Origin: Patescibacteria group bacterium
GTDB lineage: Bacteria; Patescibacteriota; Microgenomatia; UBA10105; UBA927
Assembly: GCA_038062895.1 (NCBI GenBank)
Contig: JBBTWJ010000005.1
Coordinates: 131,715-195,714, forward strand
Direction: 5' to 3'
DNA length: 64,000 nucleotides
Shown here: positions 18,745-25,838 of the stretch, one piece after another
How positions within the stretch are numbered: position 1 is the stretch's first letter
Layout of the letters: each line of letters starts with the position of its first letter
Program-made: the position numbers and the translations under genes
Notes under the pieces: generated by a model
The model's input: the letters and a program-made list of their open reading frames with translations, nothing else
What the model was told of the DNA's origin: nothing
Database searches by the model: none

Positions 18745-19362
18745 ATGGAGCCAGGGAAGAACGGAAAGAAGCCGCTCAAGTATTCTTCTATCGCCATGTC
18801 CGGGCGTCCCGGGGCAGGAAGATCCACACTTCTGAAAAATCTCCGTCCCTATTTAGAACCCCTCAAATGGGAATTTTTTTCCGGAGGAGACTGGTCACGG
18901 CAGTTTGCCATCAAAGCCGGTACCCATGATGCAGATGATGCAAAACATCATTTGGCAACGGCGTATGGAGATGACGTGGATCTCCAAATAGATGTGGCAA
19001 TGCGGGAGAAAATTGCGAACCCGTCGGTTCACATGGCTATTGAGAGCTGGATCGCCGGGTGGAACGCGCGGGGGATCAAGCACGTGCTGAAGGTGCTGTT
19101 GATGTGTGACAGTTCACTGCGCATTGATCGCATCGTCAACCGCGACAATATCACCGTCCAGGACGCCAAAGCGCATATCCGAATGCGGGAAGACTCCAAT
19201 CTAACTAAATGGAAACGGATGTATAAGACAAAAGATTTCTGGGATCCCAAGCACTATGATCTCATCATCAACACCTACTCCCATGGGCCTCTGGAAACTC
19301 TTGAGCTTGTTCTTCAGGCGTTGGGCTACTTCAGCGCCAACGGCCAAAAGCCAAACGCGTGA
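18745..19362 (+). CDS. P-loop NTPase, cytidylate kinase-like
   Basis: Walker A variant 'GRPGAGRST'. The ATG sits in the conserved GAAGTTCTACTACCCGGTATG motif, and the ORF-track start at 18721 is a TTG. Confidence 0.45.
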   Translation: MEPGKNGKKPLKYSSIAMSGRPGAGRSTLLKNLRPYLEPLKWEFFSGGDWSRQFAIKAGTHDADDAKHHLATAYGDDVDLQIDVAMREKIANPSVHMAIESWIAGWNARGIKHVLKVLLMCDSSLRIDRIVNRDNITVQDAKAHIRMREDSNLTKWKRMYKTKDFWDPKHYDLIINTYSHGPLETLELVLQALGYFSANGQKPNA

Positions 19363-19374
19363 TAAAATATCTTC

Positions 19375-19806
19375 ATGGAACGCTTCAAAATGATCGCCTC
19401 CTCGTATTTGATTCTCGTTGTTGACGGCCAAGTACTTCTCTCGCGGCGGTACCAGACGGGGTATGAGGATGGGAACTATAGTTTGCCGGCCGGACACGTG
19501 GAGGACGGGGAGTCGCTTACGGAATGTATGGCGCGGGAAGCGCGTGAGGAGATTGGCGTAATGGTTCCACCGAAACAATATACTCTCGTTCATGTGATGC
19601 ACAGGAAAAAAGCAGATATCCGGATGGACTTTTTCTTTACGGCTGATATTGGCAATCAGAAGCCTGTCATCCGGGAGCCGGAAAAGTGTGATGACCTGCG
19701 GTGGTTCCCGTTAAAGAAATTGCCGACCAACACCATTCCCTATATCCGCCATGCAATCGAGTGCCATCAGAAAAAGATTTTCTATTCTGAATTTGTGTGG
19801 GAGTAG
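19375..19806 (+). CDS. NUDIX hydrolase
   Basis: Nudix box 'GHVEDGESLTECMAREAREEIGV'. Confidence 0.8.
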   Translation: MERFKMIASSYLILVVDGQVLLSRRYQTGYEDGNYSLPAGHVEDGESLTECMAREAREEIGVMVPPKQYTLVHVMHRKKADIRMDFFFTADIGNQKPVIREPEKCDDLRWFPLKKLPTNTIPYIRHAIECHQKKIFYSEFVWE

Positions 19807-19819
19807 CAAATATGAACTT

Positions 19820-20377
19820 ATGATTCCGACTGAAGAACAGGCGCGGGCGCTCTGGGATAAGTACGAGCTGCCGGAGAAAAAACGTCAGCACGTGATGCTG
19901 GTGGCTCGGGTGGCGGAGTTCCTTGCACGACAAATTGACAAAGCAACAAACCAACAAATTAACCAATCACTTCTTCAAGCAAGCGCGCTGCTGCATGATA
20001 TTGATAAAAATGTGGAAAAGCTTCCCGGGGAACGGCATCCGGATGCGGGAGTGAGGATATTACGGGAAGAGGGGATGGGGGAGGTAGCCGAAATAGTAAA
20101 AACCCATTCGGTGCATGCAATTCTCGATCCCGCCATCATCCCGAAGACGTGGGAGGAGAAACTTCTGTTTCTTGCCGACAAAATGGTCAAGCAGGAGGTG
20201 ATCGGTGTGGATGCGCGGTTTGCCCAGTGGGACGCAGAAGATTTACCAGCATCGGAGATAGCGATGCTTCGTCGTGCATACCCCAACGTAAAGGAATTGG
20301 AGAAAGAAGTATTTGATTTGATCGGAATAGAAGCGGAAACATGTATGCGAATGATAAGAGAGGATAGGAGAGGTTAA
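19820..20377 (+). CDS. HD-domain phosphohydrolase
   Basis: 'LLHDIDK' HD motif with upstream His. Start at the internal Met 'MIPTEEQ'. Confidence 0.65.
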   Translation: MIPTEEQARALWDKYELPEKKRQHVMLVARVAEFLARQIDKATNQQINQSLLQASALLHDIDKNVEKLPGERHPDAGVRILREEGMGEVAEIVKTHSVHAILDPAIIPKTWEEKLLFLADKMVKQEVIGVDARFAQWDAEDLPASEIAMLRRAYPNVKELEKEVFDLIGIEAETCMRMIREDRRG

Positions 20378-20449
20378 GAGATTTTATGAGAAGGATTTGC
20401 AATCGTATTGTTATCGGGCGTATACTGGGGGCTAGTTTAAGGAGGAATC

Positions 20450-21049
20450 ATGAACATATCATTGGTCACCGTATTATTTGCTTTATTTTTTAGTTTTGCT
20501 TCGCTATCACCTTCCTTCGCTATAACGACACCCACAAAAACGACAGTATCAAACCCTGTGGTCGAAGCCATAAAAGTACCTGCGGAAAAAACCGATGGAG
20601 GTATGGAAAAAAAGCAGGAATACCTGCTCCCATTCCCGGGAATTCTTCCGGATCATCCGCTCTATTTCCTCAAACAAGTGCGCGATGGAATCATGGATCG
20701 GCTCATCGTAGACCCTTTGCGTAAGGCAGAGTTTCATGTGCTTCAGGCGGACAAGAGACTCAACATGGGCAAGGTATTGGTAGAGCAGAAAAAAGAGAAG
20801 CTCGCCGAAGAAGTGATCTCTAAAGGGGAAAAATATTTGGAGCGCGCGGTGAGCGGGCTTATGGCTTACAAATCTTTAGGCCGGCCGGTGCCGGCAAGTA
20901 TCATCGATAAACTAACGCGCTCTCTGGAAAAGCACGTGGAGGTGTTGACGGACCTCGTCGCCAAAACTTCCGGTACTGTCCAGTCGGGATTGACCGGGTC
21001 GCTGGACTTCGTCAAGAAATTACAAGGGGAAGTGGAGAAACTGAAATAA
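20450..21049 (+). CDS. secreted hypothetical protein (signal peptide plus helical domain)
   Basis: N-terminal signal peptide 'LVTVLFALFFSFASLSPSFA'. RBS GGAGGA 7 nt upstream. Confidence 0.5.
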   Translation: MNISLVTVLFALFFSFASLSPSFAITTPTKTTVSNPVVEAIKVPAEKTDGGMEKKQEYLLPFPGILPDHPLYFLKQVRDGIMDRLIVDPLRKAEFHVLQADKRLNMGKVLVEQKKEKLAEEVISKGEKYLERAVSGLMAYKSLGRPVPASIIDKLTRSLEKHVEVLTDLVAKTSGTVQSGLTGSLDFVKKLQGEVEKLK

Positions 21050-21286
21050 AAGTACGGGAGGTACGAAAAGTACGAGATGTACGGGAGGAACAGGGAAAGA
21101 GACAAGCGGATTATTATCCACAATATATGAATAGTTCTGAATCATTGAACACAATTAATACATATATCGCTGGTCACTCGTTTTTTGTCTCCTGTCGCTT
21201 GCATTAAACCCCGTACTTTTTCCTCAATTCTTGGCGGCCGAGGCTAGCAAAAATGATTGACTGTATTTGATCTAGAAATGACTAGT

Positions 21287-21315
21287 TGACGGGGCGCGGA
21301 AACCTTCATATAGTG
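21287..21315 (+). promoter_or_regulatory. sigma70-like promoter TTGACG-N17-TATAGT upstream of nrdR
   Basis: Near-consensus -35 and -10 hexamers with 17-bp spacing, about 150 bp upstream of nrdR. Confidence 0.45.
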
Positions 21316-21372
21316 GTCTAACATTGGTGTTCGCTCCACAGGTAGTGTTTTTTGTTTCACGGTGTGGCGCGC

Positions 21373-21449
21373 GATTAGCACTTGATAAAAGATACATGAT
21401 GAGCACATGATCACGAGCTGATCACGTTGGTTTCCATCACGTGCTCATC
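21373..21449. promoter_or_regulatory. array of GATKAGCACWTGAT motifs: two direct copies (21373, 21398) and one inverted copy (21436)
   Basis: GATTAGCACTTGAT, GATGAGCACATGAT and the inverted ATCACGTGCTCATC, lying between the promoter and the nrdR ATG. The same motif recurs at 51608, 51631 and 52044-52520. Confidence 0.6.
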
Positions 21450-21465
21450 GCGCGCTTTCGCGCGC

Positions 21466-21912
21466 ATGAAGTGTCCATACTGCAATCACGAAGAAACAGA
21501 GGTTTTGGAGACGCGCGACAGCGAGGATTTAGCCGTGACACGCCGCCGCCGAACGTGTACCAAGTGCGAGAAACGGTTTACGACGTACGAACGGCTTGAA
21601 TCCGTGCCCATTACGGTCATCAAGAAAGACGAACGGCGAGAAACATTTGACCGGGAGAAGCTCAAGCGCGGGATTGTGCATTCAAGCGGAAAGACAACGG
21701 TAAAAGCTGAAGACATTGATCGAATCGTTGATGAGGTGGAGCGCGAGCTTATCGGCGGGGAAAGCGTGGAGGTCACCAGCAAAAAGATAGGGGAGCTCGT
21801 CGCTAAGAGATTGAAAAAATTAGATAAGGTGGCGTATATACGCTTTGCAAGCGTGTTTCGAAGCTTTGTGGATGTGGAGGATTTTGAGCGGGAAGTGAAA
21901 AAATTGCTCTGA
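21466..21912 (+). CDS. nrdR: transcriptional repressor NrdR
   Basis: N-terminal zinc ribbon 'CPYCNHEETEVLETR...RRRTCTKCEKRF' and an ATP-cone domain. The ORF-track start is a TTG, and the ATG is at 21466. Confidence 0.9.
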   Translation: MKCPYCNHEETEVLETRDSEDLAVTRRRRTCTKCEKRFTTYERLESVPITVIKKDERRETFDREKLKRGIVHSSGKTTVKAEDIDRIVDEVERELIGGESVEVTSKKIGELVAKRLKKLDKVAYIRFASVFRSFVDVEDFEREVKKLL

Positions 21913-21951
21913 GCAATTTTTTCATCCTGAGCGAAGTCGAAGGATCTCATT

Positions 21952-24471
21952 ATGGATCTCACCGGCATCAGACAAAAAGTATTCTTAGACCGTTACGCGC
22001 TCAAGGACGAAGCGGGTAACCCTACCGAAAAAACGCCGGAGGAGATGTGGCGCCGGGTCGCCCATGCCATAGCCCAAGTGGAACCTAAAAAACAGCGTGA
22101 GCAGTGGGAGAACAAATTTTATCAGGCGATGGATAATTTCGTCCTGGTGCCCGGGGGACGGATCCTTTCGGGTGCCGGAACGGGGTATAAAGTCACCTAT
22201 TATAATTGTTTCGTAATCCCGAGCCCCCATGACTCGCGGCAGGGAATCCTCAACACTCTTTCACAAATGGTAGAAATCATGTCCCGCGGCGGCGGGGTTG
22301 GGATCAATCTCTCGAGTTTGCGTCCCAGAGGTGCGCGCGTACAGAAGGTCAACGGATTCTCGTCCGGCCCCTGCAACTGGGCGGAACTTTTCAGTGTCGC
22401 GACCCGCGACATCATTCAACAAGGGGGAAGCCGGAGGGGCGCTCTCATGCTCATGCTCTGGGATTGGCATCCGGATGTCGAGGAGTTTATCACCGTGAAA
22501 CAGGACCTCGCGCGCATTAATGGCGCAAACCTCTCTGTGTGTGTCTCGGACGCGTTCATGGAAGCGGTGAAAAAGGACGCGGATTGGGATCTCGTATTTC
22601 CCGACAAAAGTGATCCCGAGTATGACGAGAAATGGGATGGCTATCTTCCTAACTGGCTAAAGCTTGGCAAGAAAGTCATCGTTCAAAAAACAATAAAAGC
22701 CCGTGCATTATGGGACCTCGTTGCACAAGCCGCATGGAAGTCTGCAGAGCCCGGGGTTGTTTTTATGGAGCGTAATAATAAATGGTTTAATAATTATTAT
22801 TGGGAATATGTCAATTGTGTTAATCCCTGCGGTGAAGAACCGCTGCCGAATTATGGGGTCTGCAATCTCACATCCATTAATTTGTCTGCATTAGTCAATG
22901 AACAAGGCGATATGGATTATATGCGGCTCTCCGAGGTGGCCAAGACAGGCGTACGATTCCAGGATGATGTGATTGATGCTGATGTATACATATTCCCTGA
23001 GATAAAAAAACGACAAGTTGAAGGCGAACGTCGGATTGGCTTGGGGACTATGGGGCTAGGGGACGCGCTCATCAAAATGAAGCTCCGATACGGATCAAAA
23101 GAAAGTCTCGCGGTGATTGATAAGATTTATCAAACCATCCGGGACGCTGCCTACGAATCCTCTGTGGAAGTGGCGGCCGAAAAAGGCGCGTTTCCGGCAA
23201 TCGATATAAAGAAGCATCTGGAGGGATATTTCGTCAAACAACTTCCCGAAGAAATCAAAAAGAAAATAAAAAAGCATGGCGTGCGAAACTCGGTCATCCT
23301 GCAACAGGCGCCGACAGGGAGTACATCCCTCATGGTGGGAGTGAGCTCCGGCATAGAGCCGGTGTATGAGTTTGAGTTTCTGCGCCACGACCGTTTAGGT
23401 GAACACATCATCCGCCACCCATTATATGATGCGTGGGTTTCTCAATTTATCGCAACGAATAGACGAGAACCGAATAAAGCAGACCGGCCGGATTATTTTG
23501 TGTCCGCAAACGACTTGACCCCCGAGGACCACGTCTATGTCCAGGCTGCAATACAGAAACATGTCGACGCTTCGATCAGCAAGACAGTCAACGCCCCGAA
23601 GACCCATACGGTTGAGGACGTGAAGCGGCTGTATACACTCGCTTATGAATTAGGGTGCAAGGGAATCGCGTACATGCGGGAGGGGAGCAGGCAGGGAGTG
23701 CTCGAGCGGATAGAGGAAGCGAAACCCACGGTTGAGGGAAAACCAGATGAGGTGAAAGTAGCCGGTCAGTATGTGCCGGAGGTCAAGCCCCGGCCGATGG
23801 TCGTCCACGGATCGACCTACCAAGTGGAGACGCCGGTCGGACAAGCGTATGTGACCATCAATACCAATGGAGGCCGCCAGCCGCTTGAGCTTTTTATGAA
23901 CATCGGGAAGGCAGGGAGCGATGTCACCGCGATGGCGGAAGCTATGGGTCGGCTGATTTCTCTCATTTTCCGAATTGCCTCACCGGTTTCCCCAATCGAA
24001 CGCGCACACAAAGTAGCGGCAGAGCTTATCGGTATCGGGGGAGCGCGTTCTCTCGGGTTTGGGGAAAACCGGGTGCGGAGTTTGCCGGATGCCGTCGCGA
24101 AAGTCATTGACCGGCATTTTGGATTTTTTACCAAGCATAAGTTGACCGATGTCCCGCAACCTGCAGCAGGAGGCGACGTGATGGCGTCACACGAAACAAA
24201 CGGAAATGGTTCGACTCCGTTCACCACAGGTGGTGCTGCCATGACGACAACTTTAATGAATGGAGCCACCAATGGAAATGGTCATATGACGGAATTAAAA
24301 ACGGACAACAATGATGATAAAGAGCAGACAGTGGACGCGGCATCCTACCAGCGGGCGGTAGCCCAAGAGCGGGTGGTGACGGTCGATCTTTGCCCGAGCT
24401 GTGGCGAGGGGAGTCTGGTATTTGAGGAAAGTTGTAAGAAATGCTACTCGTGCGGATATTCGGAATGCTAA
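21952..24471 (+). CDS. nrdJ: adenosylcobalamin-dependent ribonucleotide reductase (class II, NrdJ)
   Basis: Class II RNR catalytic barrel with Cys-containing 'NPCGEEPL' and a C-terminal zinc-ribbon tail 'CPSCGEGSLVFEESCKKCYSCGYSEC'. Lies 39 bp after nrdR. Confidence 0.9.
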   Translation: MDLTGIRQKVFLDRYALKDEAGNPTEKTPEEMWRRVAHAIAQVEPKKQREQWENKFYQAMDNFVLVPGGRILSGAGTGYKVTYYNCFVIPSPHDSRQGILNTLSQMVEIMSRGGGVGINLSSLRPRGARVQKVNGFSSGPCNWAELFSVATRDIIQQGGSRRGALMLMLWDWHPDVEEFITVKQDLARINGANLSVCVSDAFMEAVKKDADWDLVFPDKSDPEYDEKWDGYLPNWLKLGKKVIVQKTIKARALWDLVAQAAWKSAEPGVVFMERNNKWFNNYYWEYVNCVNPCGEEPLPNYGVCNLTSINLSALVNEQGDMDYMRLSEVAKTGVRFQDDVIDADVYIFPEIKKRQVEGERRIGLGTMGLGDALIKMKLRYGSKESLAVIDKIYQTIRDAAYESSVEVAAEKGAFPAIDIKKHLEGYFVKQLPEEIKKKIKKHGVRNSVILQQAPTGSTSLMVGVSSGIEPVYEFEFLRHDRLGEHIIRHPLYDAWVSQFIATNRREPNKADRPDYFVSANDLTPEDHVYVQAAIQKHVDASISKTVNAPKTHTVEDVKRLYTLAYELGCKGIAYMREGSRQGVLERIEEAKPTVEGKPDEVKVAGQYVPEVKPRPMVVHGSTYQVETPVGQAYVTINTNGGRQPLELFMNIGKAGSDVTAMAEAMGRLISLIFRIASPVSPIERAHKVAAELIGIGGARSLGFGENRVRSLPDAVAKVIDRHFGFFTKHKLTDVPQPAAGGDVMASHETNGNGSTPFTTGGAAMTTTLMNGATNGNGHMTELKTDNNDDKEQTVDAASYQRAVAQERVVTVDLCPSCGEGSLVFEESCKKCYSCGYSEC

Positions 24472-24608
24472 GCCGCAAACTCTAAGCACTAAATCCTAAA
24501 TTCTAAACAAATTCAAATGTTCAAAATTTCAAATTCAAAACGGTTTGAATATTTGGATTTAGGATTTTGATATTGTTTGGGATTTAGAAATTAGGATTTG
24601 GGATTTAT

Positions 24609-25193
24609 ATGGCAATTTATACCCGTACCGGCGATACCGGATCAACGTCCCTCTTTGGCGGTAAGCGCGTCCTCAAGTGCGAGGAGCTTGTGGAGGTCTA
24701 TGGGTCGCTTGATGAGTTAAATTCGTGGATTGGGCATGTCGCATCACTCTTTCCTTCTCCGGATGTCAAACAATTTCTTCAGACCATACAATCCGATGTC
24801 TTTACGATCGGCAGCACGCTTGCAGGGTGGAAGAATGGAGATTTGACTGCACTGGAAAGCCGGGTAAAGGAAATGGAAGCGCGGATCGATGCCATGGAGG
24901 AGAGTTTACCTCCAATCCGGAATTTCATCCTGCCGGGTGGCGCGGAGTTGGCCGCTCACACACATATTACGCGCAGTATTTGCCGGAGAGTGGAGAGGCA
25001 ACTTGTTTCATTGAAGGTACGAGAAGTACAGGAAGTACAGGAAGTACAGGAGGTACGGGAGGGAGATGTTGACGTGATGATTAAGTACCTCAACCGGCTT
25101 TCGGACTTGTTTTTTATGCTCGCGCGGTTTATAAACAAGCAGGAGAATGTGGAAGAAGTGATTTGGAATGGAAACCATTCCAAATCATCCTGA
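24609..25193 (+). CDS. pduO: ATP:cob(I)alamin adenosyltransferase, PduO type
   Basis: 'MAIYTRTGDTGSTSLFGG' N-terminal signature of PduO-type adenosyltransferases. Contains an in-frame 9-bp tandem repeat encoding VREVQEVQEVQEVRE. Confidence 0.8.
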   Translation: MAIYTRTGDTGSTSLFGGKRVLKCEELVEVYGSLDELNSWIGHVASLFPSPDVKQFLQTIQSDVFTIGSTLAGWKNGDLTALESRVKEMEARIDAMEESLPPIRNFILPGGAELAAHTHITRSICRRVERQLVSLKVREVQEVQEVQEVREGDVDVMIKYLNRLSDLFFMLARFINKQENVEEVIWNGNHSKSS

Positions 25194-25227
25194 GCGAGTA
25201 AAGCGAGTCGAAGGATCTTAAAAATAC

Positions 25228-25363
25228 AGATATCAGGGGAATCGTGGTGTGAATCCACGGCTGTGCCGCAACTGTAAAGCCAGAAAACCTGAATCGTAGA
25301 CCGTCTCTCGAGCAAGGGGAATTTTTTTGGTGTAGCCCTCTTGATTATGAGAGGGCTTTTATT
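25228..25363 (+). ncRNA. cobalamin (B12) riboswitch-like leader with an intrinsic terminator expression platform
   Basis: AGGGGAA...GGUGUGAAUCC...GCUG...CCGCAACUGUAA (B12-box variant GCAACUG)...AAGCCAGAAAACCUG matches the cobalamin riboswitch core. Terminator GCCCUCU-loop-AGAGGGC followed by UUUUAUU directly abuts the GNAT ATG. Confidence 0.5.
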
Positions 25364-25837
25364 ATGGAATTTACCATACGACAGGGGACAGAAGAAAAAG
25401 ATTTTTCGCTTATCCAAGCGCTTAACGCCGCTCTTTTTGCGGAAGATCAGAATCATGACGGCGCGCTGGATACCCATTGGCCGGTGAGTGTCGCGGGCGT
25501 GGAGTATTATATGAAATCCCTCATGGACACGCAAAAAATTGTGTTCATTGCCGAGGATGATCAAACCAATCCTGTAGGGTACATCATTGCCTCGATGGTC
25601 AATAAATGGCGGTACCGTATAGTAAAAACCGGAGAACTCGAGAACATGTATGTCACTCCGGCTGCCCGAAAGCAAGGAGTGGGGCGTGCTCTCATCGAAA
25701 AAATAAAAATATGGCTGAAGGCAAAGGGAGTGGAGCGGCTCTATGTTTCCGCGTATACCACTAACACCAACGCGATAGCTTTTTACGAAACAAACGGCTT
25801 TGCGCCATGGGAGACAGGGATGGAGGCAACCCTCTAA
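25364..25837 (+). CDS. GNAT family N-acetyltransferase
   Basis: Motif A 'RKQGVGRALIEK' and the C-terminal 'NAIAFYETNGF'. Confidence 0.75.
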   Translation: MEFTIRQGTEEKDFSLIQALNAALFAEDQNHDGALDTHWPVSVAGVEYYMKSLMDTQKIVFIAEDDQTNPVGYIIASMVNKWRYRIVKTGELENMYVTPAARKQGVGRALIEKIKIWLKAKGVERLYVSAYTTNTNAIAFYETNGFAPWETGMEATL

Positions 25838-25838
25838 T

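Noticed and set aside
23817-24272. 151-codon minus ORF and several smaller ones inside nrdJ
   Set aside because: They are antisense to the class II RNR coding sequence.
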